A stretch of DNA of 64,000 nt. Origin: Alkalicoccus sp. Lineage in GTDB: Bacteria > Bacillota > Bacilli > Bacillales > Salisediminibacteriaceae. Within the stretch, counting starts at the first letter, position 1; each line of letters opens with the position of its first letter. Below the pieces are notes generated by a model. It saw only the letters and a list, made by a program, of their open reading frames with translations. It searched no databases and was not told the DNA's origin. Made by a program: the position numbers and the translations under genes. Shown in pieces: positions 53,500 to 63,360 of this stretch. Location: positions 16,626 to 80,625 of the forward strand of contig REBZ01000152.1 of NCBI GenBank assembly GCA_007692495.1, in the 5' to 3' direction.

Positions 53500-53946
53500 T
53501 TATGATTTCTTTCGAAGGTCGTGGAGGTATCCGTTCAAATAGGCGAGAATCTTGCTTCTTGGAATAAGACCTACAAATTCCCCCTGCATATTTTCTACGC
53601 ACACAAACGGATGCTGAATGGACTGCTGCATTACTTTTTCAAAAGTTGTATTTTCCTGAACTGTAATGTAACTCGAAGTCATCATATCATTAACAAGGCA
53701 GTCCGTCAGTTTTTCCGGTTCCAGTCTTTCAATACCCAGAATGGAATCAAGAATCTGTGCTTTACTTATAATCCCGTTAAGTCTGCTGTTGAGATCAAGA
53801 ACTGGAATAGCAGTATATCCGGATTTTACAAGCACGAGCAGAGCGTGCTCAAGAGAGTTATCCGGCTGTACATGAGCGACTTCTTCTGCAGGGATAATAA
53901 ACGATGTGATTTTTTCATTCAACAGATCCCTTTGAGTATCAGGCAT
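53500..53946 (-). CDS. darB: Tandem-CBS c-di-AMP receptor (DarB/CbpB, YkuL)
   Basis: VAHVQ..N.LEHALLVL.KSGYTAIPVLD, ILGIERLE, FVCV. Confidence 0.85.
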   Translation of the reverse strand: MPDTQRDLLNEKITSFIIPAEEVAHVQPDNSLEHALLVLVKSGYTAIPVLDLNSRLNGIISKAQILDSILGIERLEPEKLTDCLVNDMMTSSYITVQENTTFEKVMQQSIQHPFVCVENMQGEFVGLIPRSKILAYLNGYLHDLRKKS

Positions 53947-54166
53947 GATCTATGCACACTTTCTATCAGTAGATTTAGAGAGAAATTGTTTCTCCAAGCA
54001 TTATATTATCCGGATTGGGGAAGAATGTCAATCGCCCCGGCAGAAGAAAGAATCCTTCCAGACCGGGGCGGTAAAATACAGCTATAGATATAAACCGGTA
54101 GCCAGAAGGAGACAGTAAAGATCTGCAATTACTCCTGACACATTGCATCCGGGGGATTACGTAAAG

Positions 54167-54472
54167 CTATTTGCGCATTTTAAAAGCAGCGTTCAGCTGG
54201 CCGCGGAGCATTTTATTTCTTACATCAGACTGCTTCAGCTCTTCTTTACGAATTTCGAAGGTCTGCATGCCGTCCTCCATTTTATTCGCAATATCCACAA
54301 GGCGCTCAACATCTTCAAAAGAATATTTTCTCGTTCCGCCTTTGCTCCGGTCGGGCTGTATCAGCTTTCTTTCTTCATAGTAGCGTATCTGCCTTTCAGA
54401 CAGCCCGGTCAGTTCGCTGGTAATACCGATACCAATTACTTTTTTGTTTTTATAGGAGGTAGAAACTGCCAA
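54167..54472 (-). CDS. tnrA: Nitrogen regulator TnrA (MerR family)
   Basis: [29 protein letters not shown] and C-terminal ML.GQLNA.F; probable TTG start at 54472. Confidence 0.9.
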   Translation of the reverse strand: MAVSTSYKNKKVIGIGITSELTGLSERQIRYYEERKLIQPDRSKGGTRKYSFEDVERLVDIANKMEDGMQTFEIRKEELKQSDVRNKMLRGQLNAAFKMRK

Positions 54473-54548
54473 AGAAACCCCATCCTTCCCGTTAATGTGT
54501 GGCATTTTTTATTACTATACCATGACTGGAAAAAACGTCGGGGAAAAA

Positions 54549-54565
54549 TGTGAGATTATCTGACA
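54549..54565. promoter_or_regulatory. TnrA/GlnR box upstream of tnrA
   Basis: TGTGA-GATTATC-TGACA matches TGTNA-N7-TNACA. Confidence 0.75.
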
Positions 54566-54572
54566 TCGATAG

Positions 54573-55382
54573 TCATCGGTTATACTGCTCGTTTAAAATA
54601 TCTTTCAATTCTTTTATTTCAGTTCTCAGCTGTTTCAGTTCTTCTTTTGTATCATCTTCAGAGGTGTCTTCTTCTTTTTCGCTTTTTTCCACGTTGCTTA
54701 CGATGACACCGATAAAAAGATTGAAAATCACAAAAGTACCAACGAGAATAAAGCCTATAAAATAAATCCATGACCACCACAGCTCTTCGAATATCGGCCT
54801 CATTACCTGCGAAGCCCATGATTCGAGTGTCACCACCTGAAACAAAGTAAGCAGAGAAAGCTGCAGGTTGCCGAAATATTCCGGGGCAGTCGATTGAAAC
54901 AGCATAGTACCGATTACGGCAAAAATATAAAAAATAATTCCCATCAGCAGAAGGATATTACCAAGCGACGGTATTGTTCTCATTAAAGCATCGACGAGAC
55001 GACGAAGGGAGGGAATGATGGAGACGGCACGAAAAACTCTCAGCACGCGGAGGACCCTGAGCACAGTCACAAAATGAGCTCCAGCAAAAATGTGTCCTGC
55101 AGCTACGATAAGAAAGTCAAACCAATTCCACCCACTCTTGAAAAAATACCGCAGGGAAGGAGTTGCCAGAAGCCTTATAATAATTTCAACAGTGAAAATC
55201 CAGAGCAGCACCCGGTCCAGAGTGAAAAACAGCATTTGATTTCCCTGATAAATATGCTCGTAGGTCTCAACGCCAACTATGACGGCGTTAATCATAATAA
55301 GCGTAATAATGACAGGAGTAAACAGACGGTTATTTGTTATTTTTTGAAAAAAAAGTTTCCATTTACGTTTTTCTGATCCCAT
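54573..55382 (-). CDS. Bacterial voltage-gated sodium channel (NaChBac/NavBP type)
   Basis: Six TM segments, S4 LRVLRVLRVFR, selectivity filter TLESWAS, C-terminal coiled coil. Confidence 0.92.
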   Translation of the reverse strand: MGSEKRKWKLFFQKITNNRLFTPVIITLIMINAVIVGVETYEHIYQGNQMLFFTLDRVLLWIFTVEIIIRLLATPSLRYFFKSGWNWFDFLIVAAGHIFAGAHFVTVLRVLRVLRVFRAVSIIPSLRRLVDALMRTIPSLGNILLLMGIIFYIFAVIGTMLFQSTAPEYFGNLQLSLLTLFQVVTLESWASQVMRPIFEELWWSWIYFIGFILVGTFVIFNLFIGVIVSNVEKSEKEEDTSEDDTKEELKQLRTEIKELKDILNEQYNR

Positions 55383-55671
55383 TTTTACCTCGTCCTCTGC
55401 TGAAAAAATATGTAAGACATGCTGTTTATTCTACTAAAAAAGAAGCGGTGCAGAAAGGGAAGTATTTCAGAAGGCGGAGAATACTTGTAATAGTGGTTGA
55501 CGGTTTTGAGATTAACACTGGGTCTCAGTCACTCATATAATACGGAACCACCCTGAAAATACAAAGAGATAGAAACGAAGCTGTGCTTCTGCTGCAGAGT
55601 AAGCTTTCACCGTGAAAAAGAGGCCTCCTTAAAAATCAGAAGGCCTGTACCGCCGGGACAGTACAAGAAAA

Positions 55672-56502
55672 TTAATTTTCTGACCGGCTGGAGAGCTTTT
55701 TCTTTTTACCGAGTTCCTGGGATCTCTCGTAAGCACCGGCAATGCAGTCTATAAGGGCCTCCTGGACACCACGGTTTTTCAGCACATCAAATCCGGCTTC
55801 TGTCGTGCCGCCGGGGCTCATAATCTGTTCATATAGTTCCTTGGGAGATGATTCCTCCTGCTGAACCCGCCGGCTTGCACCTATGAGTGTCTGGGCCACG
55901 AGTTCCCGGCCAATATGCTCCGGCACGCCAATATTAGCAGCAGCCTTTTCCATTGATTCCATCAAATAGTAAATATAGGCAGGTCCGGTCCCGGTGAGAG
56001 CGGTTACTGCGTCCATCATTGTTTCTTCCACTACAGCAGTTTCTCCAACTTCCTGGAAAAGCTCAACAGCCAGACTCGACTGCTCGTCTGTACAGGAAGA
56101 ACCAAAAGAAAGAGAAGTCATAGATGCACGTACAGCAGCCGACGTATTCGGCATTGTCCGGATAACAGCTCTGCCTGGCACAACTTCTTCCATCGAAGCT
56201 GTTGTTACACCAGCCATCACTGAAACTATAGCTGTATGTTCTTCCAGATGCGGCAGAAGAGGTTCCAGAGCTTCCTCCCAGTCTTTTGGTTTACAGGAAA
56301 GAAGGATAAAATCCGTGTTTTCTGTCAATATTTCAGGATCCCGTGTGACAGTTACGCTGTATGTTTGAGCCAGGGTATCAAGCCGTTCATCATTTGAGCG
56401 GTTAGTTACGAATATATGGGAAGCGGCAGGATAAACACCGTCCGTCCAGCCGGCTATTAGTGCTTCAGCCATAGACCCTCCGCCAATTATTGTTATTTTC
56501 AT
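55672..56502 (-). CDS. proC: Pyrroline-5-carboxylate reductase
   Basis: IGGGSMA, RTMPNT, TGTGPAY, SPGGTT. Confidence 0.93.
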   Translation of the reverse strand: MKITIIGGGSMAEALIAGWTDGVYPAASHIFVTNRSNDERLDTLAQTYSVTVTRDPEILTENTDFILLSCKPKDWEEALEPLLPHLEEHTAIVSVMAGVTTASMEEVVPGRAVIRTMPNTSAAVRASMTSLSFGSSCTDEQSSLAVELFQEVGETAVVEETMMDAVTALTGTGPAYIYYLMESMEKAAANIGVPEHIGRELVAQTLIGASRRVQQEESSPKELYEQIMSPGGTTEAGFDVLKNRGVQEALIDCIAGAYERSQELGKKKKLSSRSEN

Positions 56503-56644
56503 TTAAAAAACTCCTTTTAGACTCTGAATAGAAAATTATTCTTATTATCTATTGGATCGTCATTGGATGTCAATATTGAAAACACAATCATTCGCCAGAA
56601 GAAAATAAAAAAGTTATACTGTTTATTGGAAAGGATGATTTTGT

Positions 56645-57433
56645 ATGCAAAGGAATTTACAGAAGAAAGTAATCGTTATAACCGGCGGATCAAGCGGAAT
56701 TGGTGCTGAAATAGCAGCTGAAACAGCCCGTAAAGGTGCTCTGCCTGTTCTCATTGCCCGTTCTGAAGATAAAATGCATGCAGTTTCACAGCAGATAAAG
56801 AAAGAAACAGGTATTCTGCCACTTGTGTTTAAAGGCGACGTTACAGACACAGAACGTATGGAGGAAATATTTGACGCCGTGGAAACGGAAGCGGGGACAG
56901 TGGACGTTCTCGTAAACAATGCCGGATTTGGCATATTTGATTATGTGGCCGACATTGATATGAAAGAAGCTGAGGAAATGTTCCGAGTTAACGTGCTCGG
57001 GACAATTGCCTGTACAAAAACTGTTATTCCAAGAATGAAAGCAGGCAGTCATATTTTATTTGTATCATCGCTCGCTGGTAAAATTGCTACACCTAAGTCG
57101 AGTGTTTATTCGGCTACAAAGCACGCCGTAAATGGTTTTGCAAATGCCTGCAGAATGGAGCTTCGTAACTCAGGCATTCATGTCAGCACGATTAATCCAG
57201 GCCCTGTAGAAACAGGCTTTTTCGACATAGCTGACAAAGAAGGGACATACCGGAATAATGTAGCATCAGTTATGATGGAAGCTCCAAAAGTAGCTGAAAA
57301 AACAGTGCGTATCCTTTTTCGCGGGAAACGCGAACTGAATCTCCCATGGTGGATGGGTGCAGCAGCCAAAATGTACCAGCTGGCTCCGTCCCTGCTGGAA
57401 CGAATTGCCGGCAGCCGTCTTAGTAAAAAATAA
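56645..57433 (+). CDS. Short-chain dehydrogenase/reductase (YqjQ-like)
   Basis: TGGSSGIG, NNAGFG, YSATK. Confidence 0.88.
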   Translation: MQRNLQKKVIVITGGSSGIGAEIAAETARKGALPVLIARSEDKMHAVSQQIKKETGILPLVFKGDVTDTERMEEIFDAVETEAGTVDVLVNNAGFGIFDYVADIDMKEAEEMFRVNVLGTIACTKTVIPRMKAGSHILFVSSLAGKIATPKSSVYSATKHAVNGFANACRMELRNSGIHVSTINPGPVETGFFDIADKEGTYRNNVASVMMEAPKVAEKTVRILFRGKRELNLPWWMGAAAKMYQLAPSLLERIAGSRLSKK

Positions 57434-57455
57434 TTGTAAGGAAGGTGTAAATTTT

Positions 57456-57923
57456 ATGATACGGGTCGTATTTATCTGCCTCGGTAATATTTGCAGATCT
57501 CCTATGGCAGAAGCAATTTTCAGGAAGAAAGTGGAGGAGGCGGGCCTTTCCCACCTTATTCATATTGATTCCGCGGGAACCGGCGGCTGGCACGCGGGGA
57601 GTCAGCCTCATTCAGGAACAAAAAATATTCTGGCACGGGAGAACATCCCCGATGGAGGGATGACTGCCCGCGAGATCAATCCGGGAGATCTTGAGGCGGA
57701 TTATGTTGCTGCGATGGATGCTTCCAACCTCGGTTTTATCCACCGGATGGCGGGCTATGAAAAAAAAATTAATGCATTCCGGCTGATGGATCTTCTTCCG
57801 GAAAACAGAGAACCTGATGTTCCAGATCCTTATATGACAGGGGATTTTAATGAAACTTACATACTAATTGATGAGGGGACGGATGCCCTCCTTTCCCACA
57901 TCAGGGAAAAGGAAAATATTTAA
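57456..57923 (+). CDS. Low-molecular-weight protein tyrosine phosphatase
   Basis: CLGNICRS P-loop, DSAGT, VPDPY; ATG at 57456. Confidence 0.92.
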   Translation: MIRVVFICLGNICRSPMAEAIFRKKVEEAGLSHLIHIDSAGTGGWHAGSQPHSGTKNILARENIPDGGMTAREINPGDLEADYVAAMDASNLGFIHRMAGYEKKINAFRLMDLLPENREPDVPDPYMTGDFNETYILIDEGTDALLSHIREKENI

Positions 57924-57940
57924 AATCCATCACCGGACTG

Positions 57941-57966
57941 GTTTATAGAGGAATATGACAGGGAAT
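57941..57966 (+). promoter_or_regulatory. SigB-like promoter of the methyltransferase gene
   Basis: GTTTAT-N14-GGGAAT. Confidence 0.55.
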
Positions 57967-58057
57967 AGGGCTTACAACCCATAACGACAGGCTGTTTTTG
58001 TGCAGACCTCCGTCGGTCATATTATAAGCATTCCCAACTAAAGTTAAAGAAAAGAAG

Positions 58058-59056
58058 GTGGACGATGTGAGTGAACTTCAGCGAATGATTCAGGCACGGA
58101 ACTGGATGAAAACGAACGAAAATTTTCTGGAAACATGGCATGCCCATGTAGGGTATGATTTGAATCTATTTGAAAGATTCGAAAATCCAGCTTCTGTTGA
58201 AGATACTGCCTCCCGGTTTAATCTGTCGAATGAGCTGCTTCAGCGGTGGGTGGATGTAGGACTGGAAGTAGGACATTTAAAAGAAACAGGCAGAGGGAAA
58301 TTTAAAGCAAACAAAAAAATGATTAAATATGCCTCCAAAGCGAGCAGTGAGTCGGTAGGCATTCTATTGAGTGAAATGATGGAACTTCACATACCTACCC
58401 TGCTGAAATATCCAGAGCTTCTCCAATCGGATGAGCGACTTACATATTTATCCGAAAAATTTTCAGAGATAGTTGCAGAAACTTCTACATTTCTTGAAAA
58501 GGCAGCGGTATCTCCGATTCTTAAGTGGGTTAAGAAAGAAAAACCTGCTGCGATAATTGATCTGGGATGCGGATACTGCGGTTACTTGAACTCCATTCAT
58601 GAAAAACACCCTGAAACAGAGCTGATTGGAGTGGAATTGAGCCCGGAAGTTGTTAAAAAAGCCAGGCAGAGAGTAAGCAGCGATATTGATATTCGTGAAG
58701 GAGACATTATTGACTTTCTTGAAACGTATGACGGCAAAGTAGATATGATTATGGCTCACAACCTGCTTTATTACTTTAAGGAGGAAGACAGAGCCGGTCT
58801 TTTCCACCGGTTTGCGAAAGTGCTTTCCAAAGGAGGTTCCGTTACTATTATCTGCCCTCTGGTGAAAGCGAAGCATGGGGCGTCTTTTACTGCAGCTTTT
58901 AATACATTTATGACAGCTCACGATAACCTGTATCCACTTCCTTCCCCGGACAGCATTAAAAAGGATGCTAAGGAAGCTGGTTTCCGCGTCGCAGATATGA
59001 AACCTTTAATCCGTGAAGGTGGATGGTATTTAATTACGCTGAAAAAGAAAAAATAA
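58058..59056 (+). CDS. Class I SAM-dependent methyltransferase with N-terminal dimerisation/wHTH-like domain
   Basis: IIDLGCGYCG, GVELS, HNLLYY; start could be GTG at 58067. Confidence 0.82.
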   Translation: MDDVSELQRMIQARNWMKTNENFLETWHAHVGYDLNLFERFENPASVEDTASRFNLSNELLQRWVDVGLEVGHLKETGRGKFKANKKMIKYASKASSESVGILLSEMMELHIPTLLKYPELLQSDERLTYLSEKFSEIVAETSTFLEKAAVSPILKWVKKEKPAAIIDLGCGYCGYLNSIHEKHPETELIGVELSPEVVKKARQRVSSDIDIREGDIIDFLETYDGKVDMIMAHNLLYYFKEEDRAGLFHRFAKVLSKGGSVTIICPLVKAKHGASFTAAFNTFMTAHDNLYPLPSPDSIKKDAKEAGFRVADMKPLIREGGWYLITLKKKK

Positions 59057-59066
59057 AGGATTATTT

Positions 59067-59103
59067 TCGGCTCTTCCGTCTATAGGTGAAAGAGCCGATT
59101 TTT
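59067..59103 (+). terminator. Intrinsic terminator
   Basis: TCGGCTCTT...AAGAGCCGA-TTTTT. Confidence 0.65.
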
Positions 59104-59114
59104 CAATTTTGGGG

Positions 59115-59163
59115 CGTACAAACATTGTGCAAATATTGTTTATCAGTTATAAAACAGGGGTAA
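59115..59163 (+). promoter_or_regulatory. crt operon control region: 11-bp-period repeats (CarH/LitR-like operator) overlapping a SigB-like promoter
   Basis: CGTACA (59115), TGTGCA (59126), TGTTTA (59137); GTTTAT-N14-GGGTAA at 59138-59163. Confidence 0.5.
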
Positions 59164-59206
59164 TAAAGGGATTATAAGGAAAGATTGAGGAAGAGGGTGG
59201 GTCAAA

Positions 59207-60697
59207 ATGACACAAGTGGCAGTTATCGGTGCCGGACCCGGAGGACTGGCTGCAGCTATGCTGCTTTCAGCTGAAGGGTACGACGTGGATATTTATGAAA
59301 AACAGAATTATATAGGTGGAAGAACTTCTTCTTTCACTAAAGAAGGATACACTTTTGACCTTGGTCCAACTTTTTTCAGTATGCCGCACATTCTGGAAAA
59401 TATTTTTCAGGACAGTGGGAAAAACCTTCATGATTATGTCGATTTAATCAGACTGGACCCGATGTATTCCCTTGTTTTTGACAGGATGAAAATCAGGGCA
59501 AGCAGTGATGAAGAAAAGATGTTTGCAGAAGTAGAAAAACATTTTCCCGGCAGCGGACCCGCCTACAAGAAATTTATGCGTGATACGAGAAAGAAACTTG
59601 CGGCCCTTTCACCCATTCTTCAGGAAAATCATGCTTCACTTCTCGATTATATGAGATGGCGGAGCATCAAAGCACTTCCGGAACTTGAGGTCGGAAAAAC
59701 ACTTCACGATGTTCTTTCCAAATATTTTGATGATGAACGCCTGAAGCTTTCTTTTACTTTTCAGTCCAAATATCTGGGAATGTCCCCCTGGGAATGCCCG
59801 GGAGCTTTCAGTATCCTTTCGTTTATGGAACATGAATACGGTATTTATCATCCGCGGGGCGGACTGAATCAACTGACTGTGGCAATGGCACAAGCAGCAG
59901 AAGAAAATGGAGCGCGTATTCATTTGCAGAGGGGCATAAAAAAGATTGAAGTTCACAATAAACGTGTCCACTCTCTTAAAATGGAAGATGGCTCAGTAAT
60001 ACGTCCAGACCATGTTGTTATGAATGCAGATTTTGCAAACAGCATGAAGCATTTAATTGAAGATAAACATAGGAACAAATATACAGATGCCAGACTGGAA
60101 AAGAAAAAATACTCCTGTTCCACGTTTATGATCTATGCAGGAATTAATAAAAAAGTAAATCTCGATCATCACACTATCTTTTTTTCCAAAGACTATAAAC
60201 AAAATGTTGAAGAAATTACGAAACTTGGGAAGCTTTCCAGGGATCCCTCTATCTATATTCATAATGCGTCTATTACAGATGACACTCTGGCACCGGAAGG
60301 AAAATCGGCGCTGTACATTCTGGCACCGGTTGCCAATAATTTCAGCGGTATAAACTGGGAGGAAAATAAAAAACGGTTCCGGGACCTGATTATGCAGGAA
60401 GTGGCTGCTAAAACGGGAATTCCGGACATAGAGGATTATATCGAAGTGGAAGAAATACTGACTCCCTACGAATGGGAATATGAAAAAGATATTTATCAGG
60501 GGGCAACTTTCAATCTTTCCCATAATCTTGGACAGATGATGTATTTCCGTCCCCATAATCAGTTTGAAGATGTCGGAGGTCTATGGCTTACAGGAGGAGG
60601 CACTCATCCGGGAAGCGGACTTCCCACCATTTTTGAATCTGCAAGAATCACTTCGAACCTGCTGATGCATGCAGACGGAAAGAAGGTTAAGTCATGA
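59207..60697 (+). CDS. crtN: Phytoene desaturase family, probable 4,4'-diapophytoene desaturase (CrtN/CrtNa)
   Basis: GAGPGG FAD motif, FDLGPT, FQSKYLGMSPWECP, GGGTHPGSGLP; operon with crtM. Confidence 0.8.
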   Translation: MTQVAVIGAGPGGLAAAMLLSAEGYDVDIYEKQNYIGGRTSSFTKEGYTFDLGPTFFSMPHILENIFQDSGKNLHDYVDLIRLDPMYSLVFDRMKIRASSDEEKMFAEVEKHFPGSGPAYKKFMRDTRKKLAALSPILQENHASLLDYMRWRSIKALPELEVGKTLHDVLSKYFDDERLKLSFTFQSKYLGMSPWECPGAFSILSFMEHEYGIYHPRGGLNQLTVAMAQAAEENGARIHLQRGIKKIEVHNKRVHSLKMEDGSVIRPDHVVMNADFANSMKHLIEDKHRNKYTDARLEKKKYSCSTFMIYAGINKKVNLDHHTIFFSKDYKQNVEEITKLGKLSRDPSIYIHNASITDDTLAPEGKSALYILAPVANNFSGINWEENKKRFRDLIMQEVAAKTGIPDIEDYIEVEEILTPYEWEYEKDIYQGATFNLSHNLGQMMYFRPHNQFEDVGGLWLTGGGTHPGSGLPTIFESARITSNLLMHADGKKVKS

Positions 60698-62151
60698 AAA
60701 CAATTATAGCAGGCGGAGGAATAGGCGGTATGATTACCGCCCTTTACGAAAATAAATCAGGCAATGAAGTTATATTATTCGAAAAAAAATCGAGCACCGG
60801 TGGAAGGCTTGCCTATCACCGGCACGGAGAGTACAAGGTGGATGAAGGACCGACCGTAGTTCTTCTGCCGGATATGATTAAAGACATTCTCGAAGAACTC
60901 GGTTTGCAAAGCAGGGTGGAGATGCAGCGGATAGATCCGCTTTACCCACTGCATTTTCCTGATGGCACAACGTTTTTGAAATGGAGCAGTACGGAAAAGC
61001 AGAAAGAAGAAATAAGCCGGCTGTTTCCAGGTGAAGAAAAAAATTTCGATAAATATATGGCCGACATGGAAACAAGGTTCACAGAAGGAAAAGAGGCTTT
61101 TCTTACGAAAGCTTTTCTGACACGCCGCTCCTTCTGGACGCCGAAAAACGTTAAAACATTGTGGAAACTCCGGGCTTATCAGTCGGTGCGTAAGCAGGCG
61201 GCTGCTTATTTCCGGCATCCTAAGCTGCAGGATGCTTTTTCTCTGCAGACACTTTATATCGGAGGTTCTCCTTCCGAAACACCAGCCATTTACTCGCTCG
61301 TTTCTTTCAGCGAGCATGCACACGGCATATGGTATGTTAAAGGAGGATACGCAGGTCTTGCAGAAGTACTTACAGAGGCGATGGAGGAAAGAGGCATTAC
61401 AGTCCGCACAAATTCAGAAGTAGAGGCTCTCGTAACAGATGGTACACGCTGCACGGGAGTGAAAGTCGATGAAGCTGTTGAAAACGCGGACAGGGTAGTT
61501 TTGAATGGTGAATTCCCGCTTGCAGAAAAACTCGTAAGAGAGCCATCCCGTTCCTATAAAAGTTCGTCCGGCTGTCTGCTGTTTTATTTCGGGCTGAATG
61601 AACCGCTGGATACAGAGCACGTGCATAACTTTTATATGGGAGAAAATCTGGATAATCATATGAACGATGTATTTAAAAAATACCGTCTGAACCGGGATCC
61701 TTCTTTTTATGTTTTCAATCCATCTTTAATTGATTCATCGCTGGCACCGGAGGGGCACGGGGTAGCCTATGTTCTTGTTCCTGTCCCGGCTGGACGACAT
61801 ATTACGAGAAAAGAGTACCAGGATTATGCTACACTTATTAAAAGGAAATTAATAGAAAAAGTTGACATAAACCTGGAATTGAAAACCGTATGGGAACACG
61901 TCCGCAGCCCGTATGAAGCAAAAATTGACGGCCTTTTCTCCGGAGGCAGCTTCGGACTCGCTCCATCGATGAGCCAGTCTGGAATATTCAGGCCCCAAGT
62001 TAAGCCTTTTGCATACAATAATGTTTACGCTGTCGGAGCTTCCGTACACCCGGGAGGAGGAATCCCCGTAGTGATGCAGGGAGCAAAGATTTTATCCCAA
62101 GTGCTTAAAGAAGATGCCGCTGAACAGGCTGCGTTCCAAAGAGATGTTTAA
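60694..62151 (+). CDS. Second phytoene desaturase family oxidoreductase (CrtNc-like or CrtN paralogue)
   Basis: GGGIGG, GPTVVLLP, QTLYIG, GASVHPGGG.P; exact activity uncertain. Confidence 0.75.
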   Translation: MKTIIAGGGIGGMITALYENKSGNEVILFEKKSSTGGRLAYHRHGEYKVDEGPTVVLLPDMIKDILEELGLQSRVEMQRIDPLYPLHFPDGTTFLKWSSTEKQKEEISRLFPGEEKNFDKYMADMETRFTEGKEAFLTKAFLTRRSFWTPKNVKTLWKLRAYQSVRKQAAAYFRHPKLQDAFSLQTLYIGGSPSETPAIYSLVSFSEHAHGIWYVKGGYAGLAEVLTEAMEERGITVRTNSEVEALVTDGTRCTGVKVDEAVENADRVVLNGEFPLAEKLVREPSRSYKSSSGCLLFYFGLNEPLDTEHVHNFYMGENLDNHMNDVFKKYRLNRDPSFYVFNPSLIDSSLAPEGHGVAYVLVPVPAGRHITRKEYQDYATLIKRKLIEKVDINLELKTVWEHVRSPYEAKIDGLFSGGSFGLAPSMSQSGIFRPQVKPFAYNNVYAVGASVHPGGGIPVVMQGAKILSQVLKEDAAEQAAFQRDV

Positions 62152-62210
62152 AATAAGCGAACAGCCTCCGGACTTCAAAAAAAGGCTTTCAAATGAGAGG
62201 AGAGGACCAA

Positions 62211-63053
62211 ATGGAAGTACGTCAGGCGTACGATTACTGCAGAAAAATAATTGAAAACAACTCGAAAACATTTGCAAAAGCTTTTCAGCATCTTCCTAAA
62301 GACAGGCGCAGGGCGGTCTGGGCGGTTTATGCTTTCTGCAGAACAGCGGATGATATCGTTGATGAAGGTATAAATAAAGAAAGAGAACTCCAGAGATTTA
62401 AAAAGGACCTGGATCGCTTTGCAGCTGGAGATATTCCTGACAGCAGTCCACTCTGGACAGCACTTAATCATACGTTTCATCTCTTCTCGTTTGACCTCAA
62501 GCCTTTTTACGAAATGATCTCCGGACAGGAAATGGACTTATACGGACACAGCTTCCAAAGCTTTGAAGATGTACTCGATTATTCCTACCGAGTTGCAGGT
62601 ACTGTCGGATTAATGCTCCTGCCCGTGCTTGCGCCGGATACAAAGGAGGAGTTAAAACCGAGTGCCGTAAAGCTTGGTTATGCGATGCAGATAACAAATA
62701 TTTTAAGGGATGTAGGGGAAGACTGGGAAAAAGGAAGAAAGTATCTTCCTGAGGAACTGATGGTCAAATTCGGCTATACAGAAAAAATGCTTGCAGCAGG
62801 TGAAGTCAACGATGCCTTCATCGGTCTTTGGGAGGAAATGGCTTCAGAAGCAGAGGCATATTACGAAGAAAGTCTTAAATTTATTCATCTTTACCCTGTT
62901 TCATCCAGACTCCCTGTACAGGCGGCAGCACATTTCTACAGGAAAATAATTCAGACGGCCAGGGAAAATAAATATGATGTCTTTCGTCGGAGAGCTGTGG
63001 TGAGCCAGGAAGAGAAAAGCAATATACTGAATGGACTTGCGGCTACAAAGTGA
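62211..63053 (+). CDS. crtM: Diapophytoene/phytoene synthase (CrtM/CrtB)
   Basis: SKTF, YAFCRTADDIVD, YRVAGTVG, MQITNILRDVGED. Confidence 0.88.
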   Translation: MEVRQAYDYCRKIIENNSKTFAKAFQHLPKDRRRAVWAVYAFCRTADDIVDEGINKERELQRFKKDLDRFAAGDIPDSSPLWTALNHTFHLFSFDLKPFYEMISGQEMDLYGHSFQSFEDVLDYSYRVAGTVGLMLLPVLAPDTKEELKPSAVKLGYAMQITNILRDVGEDWEKGRKYLPEELMVKFGYTEKMLAAGEVNDAFIGLWEEMASEAEAYYEESLKFIHLYPVSSRLPVQAAAHFYRKIIQTARENKYDVFRRRAVVSQEEKSNILNGLAATK

Positions 63054-63123
63054 AACTTCTTTAAACCGGCGGCCGTCTTTATTTCCAGCCGATCAAATTC
63101 ATATTATGAAAAATAACAGTATA

Positions 63124-63159
63124 AAAAAAGACTCAGCTGCGGGACTGGGTCTTTTTTTT
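63124..63159. terminator. Bidirectional terminator between the convergent crt genes
   Basis: AAAAAAGACTCAG...CTGGGTCTTTTTTT. Confidence 0.65.
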
Positions 63160-63360
63160 GAGGGCTTCTTTTTATTTCCGGATTATCAGCCTGTCTGTGT
63201 GGTGAAAAAAATTACGGAGAATTGTTTTCATCACGGCAGAAGCCGGATTTAACCGAATAACAATTAAAAGTCCGGCTATTCTGCATAGATAAAACTATTT
63301 GTGTAAAAATGAAGTTATTGGCATGTATAACTTTATTATGGCGATTTCGCGCAGGAGCTA

